A stretch of DNA of 64,000 nucleotides from Nitrospirota bacterium (GTDB lineage: Bacteria; Nitrospirota; Thermodesulfovibrionia; UBA6902), in NCBI GenBank assembly GCA_016217725.1, contig JACRHB010000220.1, positions 11,970 through 75,969 of the forward strand, read 5' to 3'. This document shows positions 35,389 to 45,117 of this stretch, one piece after another (the stretch's first letter is position 1; every line of letters begins with the position of its first letter). Made by a program: the position numbers and the translations under genes. The notes under the pieces are model-generated. The model was not told the DNA's origin. It made no database searches and worked only from the letters and a program-made list of their open reading frames with translations.

Positions 35389-36873
35389 TCAGCCTATTCC
35401 TTCGTACTTCTTCATCCTCCAGTATTCCGCATTGAGGGTCTCCACGATATAGTCAACCCTGCGCGTTCTTATCAGCTTTCCGAGCGCGTCAAGAAAGACC
35501 TTCGGGTGTCTGAAGAGTATGGTGAACAGTATGGAGTAGAAGCTTATGTTGGTCTTCTGTGTGAAATAATTCTTCACAAAGAAGGCGTTCTGCAATTTTC
35601 TTCGGATGTCCCTGAGCTCCTCTTTCTTGAACGTTATCGCCATGAGGGGAAGCTCGGGCTGTCTGTGCGCCCATATTTCGGAGAACGGCAGATTGGGATC
35701 CAGCCAGCCGTTTTTAATAGCCATGTCATAAATGTCGGTTCCGGGATAGGGCGTCAGGAAATAAAAGGCGGTATAGTCCGCCTGGATATCTTTTGCCACC
35801 TGGAAGCTCTGCTCTATATCGTCTCTGGTTTCTTCAGGGTTTCCGATAATAAAGGTTGCCAGGGTCCTGATGTCGAGGTCCTTGCAGAGTTTGAAGGAAT
35901 GTCTTATCTGCGCGGTCCTGTCTCCGGCGCCTCCTTTACCGAGCACCCTGAGGATCTTTTCGGAGCCGCTTTCAACGCCGAAATCAAGCTGCACGAGACC
36001 GCTGTCTTTCATCATTTTCATCAAACCCATGTCCGTCTGGTCCACCCTGGACTGGCAGCCCCACTTGATGTTCAGGTTTCTACGCTTTAATTCCTCGCAA
36101 TATTCTTTCACCCATTTGGGACTCAGCGTAAAGGTGTCGTCGCAGTAATATATTCCCTTTATGTCGTAATTTTTATAGAGATATTCTATTTCATCAACTA
36201 CGTTCTTCACCGAGCGTCTTCTTGTTTTTCTGCCGAAGATGTTATGGCTGCCGCAATAGATGCATTTGAAAGGGCAGCCCCTGCTTGTAACAATGGTGGT
36301 CTGGTTCTTGGTTGCGTAGCCTCTTATTATTCCGGGCGGCTTGAGGTACGGCTTCATGTCGATAAGGTGCCGCGCAGGGAAAGGGATGGTATCCAGGTCT
36401 TGTATCATTTCGCGCCTGCCGTTATCTACGATGCCGACGTTGTCGCGGTACATGACGCCTTTGACGCCTGCAAGGCTTTGGTTGTTTCCCAGCTTCTCGC
36501 ATACCTCGACAATTGTGTCTTCGCCTTCGCCGACCACTATAAAATCAACGCCGAACTCTTCCATGGTCTCTTTCGGCTTTACGGTCGTATGAACTCCGCC
36601 GGAGCAGAATATTTTGCCGGGCAATTCCTTTTTCAGGTTTTGCATCAGATGCAGCGCCCTCTGGTATCCTACCGTCAGGAAGCTGAGGCCTATCAAGTCA
36701 GGGTTGAAATCCTTTATCTCATTCAGCATGCTTGCCTGATATTCGGGGTCTGAATCATAAATCTGAACGGCGTGTCCCGCCTTTTCAAGGACTGCGGCGA
36801 TATACATCAGTCCCAACGGCGGCACAACGTTGTTGCCGTCTAACACTTGAGCATTAACCAATGTTACTCTCAT
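35389..36873 (-). CDS. B12-binding domain radical SAM protein (class B)
   Basis: N-terminal B12-binding Rossmann fold (VTLVNAQ...VVPPLGLMYIAAVLEKAGHAVQIYD) and CxxxCxxC (SRGCPFKCIYCGS). Confidence 0.85.
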   Translation of the reverse strand: MRVTLVNAQVLDGNNVVPPLGLMYIAAVLEKAGHAVQIYDSDPEYQASMLNEIKDFNPDLIGLSFLTVGYQRALHLMQNLKKELPGKIFCSGGVHTTVKPKETMEEFGVDFIVVGEGEDTIVEVCEKLGNNQSLAGVKGVMYRDNVGIVDNGRREMIQDLDTIPFPARHLIDMKPYLKPPGIIRGYATKNQTTIVTSRGCPFKCIYCGSHNIFGRKTRRRSVKNVVDEIEYLYKNYDIKGIYYCDDTFTLSPKWVKEYCEELKRRNLNIKWGCQSRVDQTDMGLMKMMKDSGLVQLDFGVESGSEKILRVLGKGGAGDRTAQIRHSFKLCKDLDIRTLATFIIGNPEETRDDIEQSFQVAKDIQADYTAFYFLTPYPGTDIYDMAIKNGWLDPNLPFSEIWAHRQPELPLMAITFKKEELRDIRRKLQNAFFVKNYFTQKTNISFYSILFTILFRHPKVFLDALGKLIRTRRVDYIVETLNAEYWRMKKYEGIG

Positions 36874-36904
36874 AATTCCCTTCCCCTTTTCTTATTCAAA
36901 AATT

Positions 36905-39313
36905 TTAACCGCAGGCGCAGCACCCGCATTCCACCTTAGGTTTTGAGCCTTTCATGGTTACTGAATAAAACTGTATAAACTGAACTTTCTTATAGAGATA
37001 ATTCTTCGTCAATTGGACGTCGGGGAAGCCTGCGTTTTCAGCGGCGTCTTTGAACCTCTTATCCGTGAGGGCTCCCGACAGGCAGGCGTTCCACAGCTCT
37101 TTGTCCCTTTTCAGATATCCGGGGACGGGCTTGTCCGAGACAATATCCGAGATGATAAATCTGCCGCCGGGCTTTAAAATCCTGTAGATCTCATCAAGAA
37201 CCTTTGTCTTGTCTTCCGTAAGGTTGATGACGCAATTGGAGATGACGAGGTCGACCGTATTGCTCTCAACCGGCAGCTCCATTATGTTCCCGCTTTTGAA
37301 TTCGACGACGTTGTAACCCAGAACCTTTGCGACTTTCTCAGCGCTTACCGTCGCCTTTCCCACCATTTCATCGGTCATGTCTATCCCGATTACTTTACCT
37401 TTAGGCCCCAGCTTTTTTGCGGCTATGAAGCAGTCTATGCCTCCGCCCGCGCCCAAATCCACGATAGTCTCTCCTTCTTTTATATCCGCAAGGGCGGCGG
37501 GATTTCCGCAGCCGTAAGACACGTCAAGGACTTCGTTCGGAATATGCTCCAGGTCTTTCGGGCTGTACCCGGTAGGGCAGTAATAATCGGCAACCGGCAT
37601 ATTGGCGGCCTTTGAAAATTTTTTCTTCACGGTCTTTGTAACGTGGCCTTTTATCTCGGGCTTGCATACTTCCTCGTCGTCTTCAACGTCTACAGACAGG
37701 ACGCAGGAGCAGTGGTAGCATCCGACCTCGAATTTCTTATCGAGCGGCTTGATCCCCGCGCCGAGATGCGACGGCAGCTTTGAGTCCATTGCGTTATAGA
37801 CAAGCGGCGCAGAGTATCCTTTACCGTCTTGTGCCGGAACCCCTTCTGAGGCCAGCTCCCAGATTATATCTTCAAACAGCGCCTTGTATGTCAAACAATA
37901 AGGGTCCCGCGCGGTTACGGAGCCTTTGCCGGTGTCAACCTCGCTTGCGTAATAACTGTGCGAGGTGCAGCCTCCCCCGCAAAAGAACTCAAGATAGCAA
38001 TCCCTGCATGCCGGTTTGTTGTGCACGCTGTTGGCCCTGCCCCTTGCCATGACCTTTGAATTCAGCCAGATGTCCTTCAGGGATTTCTTTCTTACCGAAC
38101 CGGCGTCAAAATAAGGGTCGCCGTTCAAGGATGCGCACGGATAAACATGGCCATCCGAGTTTACGCAGACTTTTTCAAAGCAGTTATTGCAAAGGTCGTT
38201 CTTCCGGCCTCTTTTTGTGCGCACGCGCACTTTCAGGGATTCTATATTATCGAGGATGAGATCCTGCTCCTTGTATGACTTTTTAAGGTTTTTCATGGCA
38301 AGGGCGATGCGCTCCGAAGGCACGAATAATTCATTAACGTTATTTGCGCCCCGGCCCTTTGCGTGCATCCAGAGGATGTTATGCTCTTTAATTCCCAGCT
38401 TTGATAAAAACCGGGAAGTCTTTAATATCTCTTTCTCGTTATATTTATTGATCGCCGTTGAGATGATAGGGGTTATTCCGATGCCGACAAGTTTTTTAAT
38501 ACCGTTCACGGCGGCGTCAAAGCTGCCTTTGCCGCGCAGCTTGTCATGGATCCCGGCATTCGGGCCTTCCAGGCTTACCTGGAGGAGGAGTTTCGGACCC
38601 ATCACCTTTTTCAACTCGGCAATCCTCCTGTCGTCAAAGAGGGTGGCGTTTGTGAGGACGATGAGCTCGCGCTTCTTTATTTTTGTAATATATTTTATGA
38701 GCTCAAATATCCCTTCTTTAATAAACGGCTCCCCCCCCGTAATATAAAACCGTTTAACGCCGAGCTTTATCGCTTCATCTACGACGCCTTTGATCTCTTC
38801 CGTAGTTAATTCCTTTTTCAGGCTGCTCCCTGCGCTGACAAGACAGTGCTTGCACCTGAGATTGCAGGCGAGGGTGTAGTATATCCACAACTCGTCCAAT
38901 TTATAAGGCGCGATCGCATTGCTTCTGCCGGGATATTCAGGTCGTTCGAGCTTTTTATTGGATACGAACTCAAGCAGTCCGGCGGCGCTGAGAAAATCGG
39001 CGACCTCTTTTCCGGCCTGTGCGGTGTCCGGGACGTTATATTTTTTACGGACGGCTTCCTGTATCTCTGAAACCGTGTGTCTGCCGTCACACAGCTTGAT
39101 GATCTCCGCCCCCGTATTATTCACGCTGATCCAGTTGGGCGCCTTGGGATCAATGAAAAGGGCTATCCCGTCTCTTTGTTTTTTAACGTATTCAGGAGCG
39201 TACAGGACGTCGTCGGGACGGAATTCCTTGAGCTCGGGATTTGTGACCCTCCAGTAATCCAGACTGTATTTTTTTATCCGATCTTCTCTTGTATCGCAGC
39301 AGCCTTGCGCCAT
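36905..39313 (-). CDS. fusion protein: PqqD-like RRE domain, radical SAM/SPASM domain and a C-terminal class I SAM-dependent (ArsM-like) methyltransferase
   Basis: 802 aa; N-terminus matches the PqqD pattern (RPDDVLYAPEYV...DGIALFIDPKAPNWISVNNTGAEIIKLCDGRHTVSEIQEAV); radical SAM CNLRCKHC; SPASM CRDCYLEFFCGGGC; MT motif I VLDVSYGCGNP...IVDLGAGGGIDCF; Cys-rich C-terminus CGCCACG. Confidence 0.8.
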   Translation of the reverse strand: MAQGCCDTREDRIKKYSLDYWRVTNPELKEFRPDDVLYAPEYVKKQRDGIALFIDPKAPNWISVNNTGAEIIKLCDGRHTVSEIQEAVRKKYNVPDTAQAGKEVADFLSAAGLLEFVSNKKLERPEYPGRSNAIAPYKLDELWIYYTLACNLRCKHCLVSAGSSLKKELTTEEIKGVVDEAIKLGVKRFYITGGEPFIKEGIFELIKYITKIKKRELIVLTNATLFDDRRIAELKKVMGPKLLLQVSLEGPNAGIHDKLRGKGSFDAAVNGIKKLVGIGITPIISTAINKYNEKEILKTSRFLSKLGIKEHNILWMHAKGRGANNVNELFVPSERIALAMKNLKKSYKEQDLILDNIESLKVRVRTKRGRKNDLCNNCFEKVCVNSDGHVYPCASLNGDPYFDAGSVRKKSLKDIWLNSKVMARGRANSVHNKPACRDCYLEFFCGGGCTSHSYYASEVDTGKGSVTARDPYCLTYKALFEDIIWELASEGVPAQDGKGYSAPLVYNAMDSKLPSHLGAGIKPLDKKFEVGCYHCSCVLSVDVEDDEEVCKPEIKGHVTKTVKKKFSKAANMPVADYYCPTGYSPKDLEHIPNEVLDVSYGCGNPAALADIKEGETIVDLGAGGGIDCFIAAKKLGPKGKVIGIDMTDEMVGKATVSAEKVAKVLGYNVVEFKSGNIMELPVESNTVDLVISNCVINLTEDKTKVLDEIYRILKPGGRFIISDIVSDKPVPGYLKRDKELWNACLSGALTDKRFKDAAENAGFPDVQLTKNYLYKKVQFIQFYSVTMKGSKPKVECGCCACG

Positions 39314-39625
39314 TTGCTGAAAAAACCTTTTATAGTAAGATTAAATTAATTTAAGAGTTACCGCCGCCTTATGTCAAGCATTTTAGAATCCATTGCCTCG
39401 ATTCCCTGAATGAGAACGGGAATGTTGATGGTTAATTCAAAGCGTCATTTTACTTTGTGTTTTATACGGAAAATCATCCGAAAAACTTGAGTAAAGCAAC
39501 TATGAATGAAGGATTTGAAAAAACCGGAACATATAAAGCGTCACGTTTAATTATAAACATTTAACCATAAATTAACAACAGTGAATTTGCTCGTATCCCT
39601 TCAGTGGAGCGTAGGGTGTTTAATT

Positions 39626-39731
39626 CCCCTCTTTGACAAAGAGGGGTTAGGGGAGATTTTTAAATAATTTAATCTAAAAATCCCCCTACATCCCCAAATC
39701 CCCCTACATCCCCCTTTTCCAAAGGGGGATT
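39626..39731. repeat. CCCCTC/GAGGGG hairpin-cluster repeat, copy 2
   Basis: cccctctttgacaaagaggggttaggggagatttttaaat...aaaaatccccctacatccccaaatccccctacatcccccttttccaaagggggatt. Confidence 0.7.
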
Positions 39732-39837
39732 AATTTCTTCCAGTCTAATATAGGGTAACCACCACTCTTCACTGAGTTATCTTTGTTCGGCAAGCGGACT
39801 TATGGCTTTTGTTATGTTTCTTTTGTAATAATATTGA

Positions 39838-40692
39838 ATGATTGAGTCAAAGGTCATGAAAAAATACGACGAAGGATTAGGCACGGTTTATGAGAGGTTT
39901 ATGCTTAATGATTATTTCGAGCGCTTAATGAATTCCCACGACATAAAAAACATTCTTGAAGTTCCCTTTTACGGCATGACGGGTTTGACGGGCATCAACA
40001 GTGTCTATTTTGCCGGGAAGGGTTGCAGCATAGTATTAGTGGATACAAAAAAAGAAAACGTCTCGGAAGCGGAGAAGCTTTTGGGAGAGCTGCCTATCAA
40101 AGGGAAGTATGATGTTTTACTGCATGAAGAGCTTTCAAAGCTGCCTTTCGGCGACGACAGTTTTGATCTTGTATGGAACTTTGCTGCAATCTGGCATGTG
40201 AAGGACGCCGATCTATTACTGAAAGAGATGGCAAGGGTTTCATCCAATCTCTTATTGATCTTTATTCCAAATAAAAAACAAATAGGATATACTTTAAGGA
40301 AATATCTTATCGACAGGAAATTCTTTGATACGGTTGACGAATCGTGGATCAACCTTGATCGAATTACCGCTCATCTGAAGAAGCAGGGGATGAAGATAGT
40401 CGAAGAGGGGCTGATAGACATCCCTTTTTGGCCGGATACCGCGATCCCCGTTAAAAATATTTTTAAAAGGAATATTAAGAAAAGCACTGAATCTGACGAT
40501 AATAAGTCTACTGAAACAAAAAAGATATTTGACGGATTCTGGAATTGGGATATAATGAGCTATTATATGGGAAACAACCCCCGTCTGAAAGATAAGATGG
40601 AGAAATTGTCTTTTCTCGAAAAGATGCCGCTGCCTAAGAAAGTAAAGACTTTTTGGGCCCATCACTTGTACATTTTATGTTCAAAGCAATGA
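39838..40692 (+). CDS. class I SAM-dependent methyltransferase (Methyltransf_11/25-like)
   Basis: ...SIVLVDTKKENVSEAEKLL... and ...LPFGDDSFDLVWNFAAIWHV... pattern (motifs I-III); 284 aa. Confidence 0.55.
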   Translation: MIESKVMKKYDEGLGTVYERFMLNDYFERLMNSHDIKNILEVPFYGMTGLTGINSVYFAGKGCSIVLVDTKKENVSEAEKLLGELPIKGKYDVLLHEELSKLPFGDDSFDLVWNFAAIWHVKDADLLLKEMARVSSNLLLIFIPNKKQIGYTLRKYLIDRKFFDTVDESWINLDRITAHLKKQGMKIVEEGLIDIPFWPDTAIPVKNIFKRNIKKSTESDDNKSTETKKIFDGFWNWDIMSYYMGNNPRLKDKMEKLSFLEKMPLPKKVKTFWAHHLYILCSKQ

Positions 40693-40704
40693 GGAGGTAA
40701 AAAT

Positions 40705-41526
40705 ATGTCGGACCATACCAACCATGAGCATGATCACCATCATGACCACCACCAGGAACACGAGCATCACCATGAGCATGAGCACCAGCACGATCATCAT
40801 CATGACCATGATCATAAACCCGTAAAGGTTAAATTCAGAAGCTTCAAGATGGACAGGGCTTTTGCCTTTGACCCTAAGAAGGGCGAGAAGGGAATAATAA
40901 CCTATACTATAACGGAGCCTGCGAGGATAAGCATAAAGGTAATTAAAAAAGGGACGAGAGAGCTGTACCTTTCGACTATATTAAACTGGGAAATGCGCGA
41001 TGCGGGGACGCATACCGAGTACTGGGACGGTAAGGATTACAGCGGTAATATCATTGAAGACCTGTCTTCGGTTTTAATGGTGATGGAAGGAGAGCCGATG
41101 TCTACGTTCAAACCCGGCGCTTATTCCGTCGAAGGCCTGTCGGACGAAGAGATCATACACGGCCATAAATGGGGACATCCTCATAATTACTATCAGGAAG
41201 GCACAAATGTAATACCGGTGATCTCGATAACTTCCGTCAAAGACGGAGACGTTCTTTCAGGTATTGTGAAAGTTGAATCAAGGCTTGAAACGAGCGAAAG
41301 AGGCTACGGTGAAAAAGTCGGCTACGGCGTCAGGTACTATTTAAATAATATTCTTGTGACCGAAGAATTTTATGACTCAAAGAGCGACGGTAAATTTTCG
41401 TATGACATCGATACGACCGCCTTCCCCGACGGGGAATATATGCTGTACGTAGGGATGTGCGATCATCATCAGCACACAACCTCAAGGGGCTGCAAGGTTA
41501 AGATAAACAACAATTCCGGGAATTGA
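40705..41526 (+). CDS. His-rich (N-terminal HDHHHDHH..HEHEH..) Ig-like/FlgD-like beta-sandwich protein
   Basis: The N-terminal 37 aa are >60% His/Asp/Glu; the rest is paralogous to 42027..42737 (FDPKKGEKGIITYTITEPARISIKV / FDPALGKPATISYKLTKAGTIRLRI; YWDGKDYSGNIIED / QWDGRDASGNIIDN). Confidence 0.6.
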   Translation: MSDHTNHEHDHHHDHHQEHEHHHEHEHQHDHHHDHDHKPVKVKFRSFKMDRAFAFDPKKGEKGIITYTITEPARISIKVIKKGTRELYLSTILNWEMRDAGTHTEYWDGKDYSGNIIEDLSSVLMVMEGEPMSTFKPGAYSVEGLSDEEIIHGHKWGHPHNYYQEGTNVIPVISITSVKDGDVLSGIVKVESRLETSERGYGEKVGYGVRYYLNNILVTEEFYDSKSDGKFSYDIDTTAFPDGEYMLYVGMCDHHQHTTSRGCKVKINNNSGN

Positions 41527-41582
41527 GCGGGGGTTAAAGCCTGCGCGTTGATGCAATTGATTTTTTTAAAAGGAGACAACCG

Positions 41583-41861
41583 ATGAGCAATAACGTCATA
41601 CTTGCAAATAATGAATGGATTGAGGTCACGCCGAGGGTAAAGGTTTCAGGCCCCCACCATGAGATTTTTTTAGAAGGGGTTGTCAGCACCCAGCCGGAGA
41701 ATGACGACGAAGACATCAGATACGAAAACGGCAGGATCTTTGTAAGGCGCAGAAACGACAAGGACGACGACAGACACTTTGTCATAACTTACAGGGTCAG
41801 CGTTTACGGGCAGGAGACTTTCACGAACACACGGGTTATCGTGAGAAAGCCGTCTAAATAG
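41583..41861 (+). CDS. hypothetical protein (92 aa)
   Basis: ORF with a plausible RBS (aaggagacaaccgATG) between the two His-rich/Ig-like paralogs. Confidence 0.4.
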   Translation: MSNNVILANNEWIEVTPRVKVSGPHHEIFLEGVVSTQPENDDEDIRYENGRIFVRRRNDKDDDRHFVITYRVSVYGQETFTNTRVIVRKPSK

Positions 41862-41896
41862 AGTCTGTTTATAAATGGCATAAAACGTTCAACAAG

Positions 41897-41977
41897 GTGT
41901 CATTCCCGCAGTCTGTTGAGCGGGAATCCAGAGAATACAAAGATAGATTCCGGCTTAAGGACTGCCGGAATGACAGA
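41897..41977. mobile_element. MITE-like GTCATTCCCG element, copy 3
   Basis: ggtgtcattcccgcagtctgttgagcgggaatccag...gattccggcttaaggactgccggaatgacagac. Confidence 0.55.
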
Positions 41978-42026
41978 CACGCAAATTGAATTAATACACA
42001 GACACTAATCAAGGAGAGATTTATCT

Positions 42027-42737
42027 ATGAGCATAGATTCAAAAGAAAAAAATGAAGGGACGAATAAGCTGCATAAGATAAAGATAAATACGCCGGATAC
42101 GGGATATGAGCCTTTCCCGGTATATATAATCAACAGGTCTACATATGAAGCGCTGAATTTCGATCCGGCGCTCGGCAAGCCTGCGACCATCTCGTATAAG
42201 CTGACTAAGGCCGGCACGATACGACTGAGAATTGCAAGAAGGGATAACCCCGGGCTGATACTCTTAACCCTTCTGGACTGGACCGAACAGCCGTTCGGTG
42301 AACATAAAGTCCAATGGGACGGCCGTGACGCGTCGGGGAATATCATCGACAACAAAAAAATATTGATACACTTTGACGCCAAAGACCAGGCCTTAGGCGG
42401 GAAACATCGGGAGCATGACAAACTCAACTGCGGTGATCCGAAGCTTATTATCAAGACAAATCCGGAGACGCTCCGGAACATTAAAGGTAATTTAGAGCTC
42501 AGGGCTTCTTTTTCCGACGGACCGGACCGGATAAAATGGAGCTCCGGCTGCGAGGTCAAATATTTTATTGATTACGGTCTGATTAAAAAGGAAGTCTTTC
42601 AGAAAGTTCAAAACGAGTTCTCTCTTGTAATAGACACTTCAAAGTTAAGCGCCGGCGAGCATCTCATCACTGTTAATATCAGCGACATGAACGATCACGT
42701 GGGAACCGCCGGTTTAAGAATTACCGTCGCCGGTTAA
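42027..42737 (+). CDS. Ig-like/FlgD-like beta-sandwich protein, paralog of 40705..41526, lacking the His-rich N-terminus
   Basis: Shared blocks as listed for 40705..41526. Confidence 0.6.
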   Translation: MSIDSKEKNEGTNKLHKIKINTPDTGYEPFPVYIINRSTYEALNFDPALGKPATISYKLTKAGTIRLRIARRDNPGLILLTLLDWTEQPFGEHKVQWDGRDASGNIIDNKKILIHFDAKDQALGGKHREHDKLNCGDPKLIIKTNPETLRNIKGNLELRASFSDGPDRIKWSSGCEVKYFIDYGLIKKEVFQKVQNEFSLVIDTSKLSAGEHLITVNISDMNDHVGTAGLRITVAG

Positions 42738-42943
42738 AAAATTACGTATGCCTAAGAACGGGCACATGATCAGATTTGGAGCTGGAGCACCATAAGCATA
42801 CTCATATAATCTCGTCGCTTCACATGTGACGCTGCCTGAAATATCAGGAAGCGGCTTGAGCTAACGCCGTAAAAGAAATTGCACATATCCTTCCCGGCTG
42901 CAGATATGTATATGTGACCGAGAGGGCGAAGCATTGCCGATTA

Positions 42944-43099
42944 CCGTGATCCGTGTCCGTTTAACGTGACCGTAAAAGAGGAAGGATCAATGAACAATGT
43001 GCAATTAACAATTAAAATCTCGCTTCCGCAATTGCTCATTGATAATTGTTCATTGTTAATTGTTTTTACGGACACGTTAACCGGACACGGTTCACAAGA
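42944..43099. repeat. ~155-bp long hairpin element (GTGTCCG / CAATGAACAATTG words) immediately upstream of cbiM; partner copy at 46001-46165 downstream of cbiO
   Basis: Outer arms cgtgatccgtgtccgtttaacgtgaccgtaaaa / ttttacggacacgttaaccggacacggttcac; inner palindromes caattaacaatt and caatgaacaat/attgttcattg. Confidence 0.7.
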
Positions 43100-43111
43100 A
43101 AGGAATACCCC

Positions 43112-44134
43112 ATGCATATCCCCGACGGTTATCTGAGTCCGCAAACGTATATACCTCTTTACGGGATAATGCTCCCGGTCTGGTACTGGGGCTCCAGGAT
43201 ATTAAAGAAGACTTTAAATGCGCGGCAGATACCTTTTTTGGCCCTCGGCGCCGCTTTTTCATTCGTCATCATGATGTTCAATATCCCGATACCCGGCGGC
43301 TCGACGGGGCATGCAGTCGGCGCTGCATTGATCGCAATTCTGTTAGGACCGTGGGCGGCGCTTATGGCCGTATCCATGGCGCTCATAATACAGGCGCTGC
43401 TTTTCGGCGACGGAGGGATTACCGCAATAGCGGCGAACTGTTTTAATATGGCTTTTATAATGTCTTTTTCAGGATATTATATTTATAAGCTTCTGAGTTT
43501 AAATTCCGGCTCCAATATCGCCCGAAGGGTCTTTGCTGCAAGTGTGGCGGCGTATATATCTATAAACCTGTCCGCCTTTTTTACCGCTGTAGAATTTGGA
43601 ATTCAACCGTACATTGCGCACAAGCCGGACGGCACTCCTTTGTACGGGCCTTACGGCTTGAACGTAGCGGTCCCGATAATGACGATTGAGCACCTTGCAT
43701 TTTTTGGATTTGTAGAGGCGCTGGTGACGGGATTGGTAGTCGCTTACATTGCGAAGACCGAGCCGGAGATGCTGAACATCTCCACTCCTGCGTTACAGAC
43801 GGCAGCAGACCGGCCGGCTTTTTCAAAGACGGCGAAAAGGCTCTGGATCGGACTCGCCGTACTTATTATTCTGACGCCCCTCGGGCTTATCGCCTCAGGA
43901 ACCGCATGGGGAGAATGGGGAGCGGAGGATCTGCTCGCAATATTCGGCTTTGTGCCTCAGGGGTTGAAAGGGCTTTCTAACGTTTGGCATTCTTTTTTCC
44001 CGGATTACTCGGTTCCGGGGATGGAGGGTCCCTTAATGCTTGCAGCGGGATATATCCTCTCCGCGCTTATCGCTACGGGTTTGATAGTGTTGACGGCCTT
44101 CGTCATCAGCAGGATAATGTTCAGAGGAAGATAG
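43112..44134 (+). CDS. cbiM: ECF-type cobalt/nickel transporter substrate-capture component CbiM/NikM with an extra C-terminal 2-TM (CbiN/PDGLE-like) extension; start at MHIPDGYLS
   Basis: Hallmark N-terminus MHIPDGYLS; ~7 TM in the first 245 aa; additional ~95 aa with 2 TM. Confidence 0.85.
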   Translation: MHIPDGYLSPQTYIPLYGIMLPVWYWGSRILKKTLNARQIPFLALGAAFSFVIMMFNIPIPGGSTGHAVGAALIAILLGPWAALMAVSMALIIQALLFGDGGITAIAANCFNMAFIMSFSGYYIYKLLSLNSGSNIARRVFAASVAAYISINLSAFFTAVEFGIQPYIAHKPDGTPLYGPYGLNVAVPIMTIEHLAFFGFVEALVTGLVVAYIAKTEPEMLNISTPALQTAADRPAFSKTAKRLWIGLAVLIILTPLGLIASGTAWGEWGAEDLLAIFGFVPQGLKGLSNVWHSFFPDYSVPGMEGPLMLAAGYILSALIATGLIVLTAFVISRIMFRGR

Positions 44135-44135
44135 A

Positions 44136-45065
44136 TTGTCTTTCCATTGGCTTAAAACAGACCACAGCCTTCCACCGGCTCCTCAGTCAAACGGAGCTCC
44201 AAATAAGAAGGGATACCTCGAGAAGACCCTCAGGGAGATCACGTCGTTTTTTGTCAACGGGATATTCTCGGAGGAGACAACCGCAAAGGCGGGATTTCTT
44301 CAGGCGCTGGACCCCAGGGCCAAGGTTTTTACCCTGGGGATTTTCGTTATAGCGGTCACCCTGTATAAAAACATCTACATCCTACTCGGCGCATACGCAT
44401 TTACTATTTTATTAGCGCATCTTTCAAAAATCGGCATCGGATTTTTTCTGATCCGAGTCTGGCTTTTTATCCCGCTGTTTTCAGGGATCATAGCCCTTCC
44501 GGCGGTGCTTAATATCTTTGTCCCGGGGGATCCGCTTGTTGACCTTGTTACATTAGAAAAAGAGATTATGCTTGGCCCGCTGAAAATTCCTCAGACCGTC
44601 TCGGTGACGAAACAGGGACTTTTATCGGCGTCCGTATTTGTTATGAGAGTTGCAACGTCGGTATCCCTTGTAGTGCTTCTGACCCTCACGACAAAGTGGC
44701 CTCATATTCTGAAGTCGCTGAGCGTATTCAGGGTGCCCCAGTTCTTCACCTTTATTCTCGGCATGACGTACAGGTACATACATCTGCTATTGCGGCTTAT
44801 TGAAGACGTGCATCTTGCGCGGCGAAGCAGGACTATTGGAAAGGAGAAGGCGAGCTCGGGACGGAAATGGATCATATCACAGATAAGGTTTGTCATGAAG
44901 AAGTCGCTCAGCACGGGGGAGCAGGTTTATTCGGCTATGGTTTCAAGGGGATTTATGTATGAGCTGAAGACAGCCGATAATTTCAAGATAAAGCCTATTG
45001 ATTATGCCTGGTCGGCGTTTGCCGTCACTGTAACGGCTGTCACACTGGTGTTAAATTGGATATAG
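44136..45065 (+). CDS. cbiQ: ECF transporter transmembrane (T) component CbiQ
   Basis: 309 aa; 5-6 TM; Arg-rich cytoplasmic loop (...HLARRSRTIG...) typical of EcfT/CbiQ coupling helices. Confidence 0.8.
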   Translation: MSFHWLKTDHSLPPAPQSNGAPNKKGYLEKTLREITSFFVNGIFSEETTAKAGFLQALDPRAKVFTLGIFVIAVTLYKNIYILLGAYAFTILLAHLSKIGIGFFLIRVWLFIPLFSGIIALPAVLNIFVPGDPLVDLVTLEKEIMLGPLKIPQTVSVTKQGLLSASVFVMRVATSVSLVVLLTLTTKWPHILKSLSVFRVPQFFTFILGMTYRYIHLLLRLIEDVHLARRSRTIGKEKASSGRKWIISQIRFVMKKSLSTGEQVYSAMVSRGFMYELKTADNFKIKPIDYAWSAFAVTVTAVTLVLNWI

Positions 45066-45117
45066 ATTCAAATAAGGAGGCTGAACGCCTCCTTGAATTA
45101 TCTTTGGGAAGTTTGAT

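Noticed and set aside
35368-36090. 240-aa plus-strand ORF, plus 36244..36753
   Set aside because: Antisense to the B12-radical SAM gene, which has intact cluster motifs.
39314-39837. RiPP precursor peptide upstream of the PqqD-radical SAM-methyltransferase gene
   Set aside because: Manual reading of the gap found only one 11-codon ORF and no Cys/Gly-rich core peptide. The gap is mostly AT-rich promoter DNA plus a hairpin repeat.
42740-43111. Cobalamin riboswitch or NikR operator upstream of cbiM
   Set aside because: No B12-box-like conserved core was recognisable and there is no GTATGA-N16-TCATAC dyad. Only a short CACATGTG palindrome and the long hairpin repeat are present, so no regulator call can be supported without a covariance-model search.
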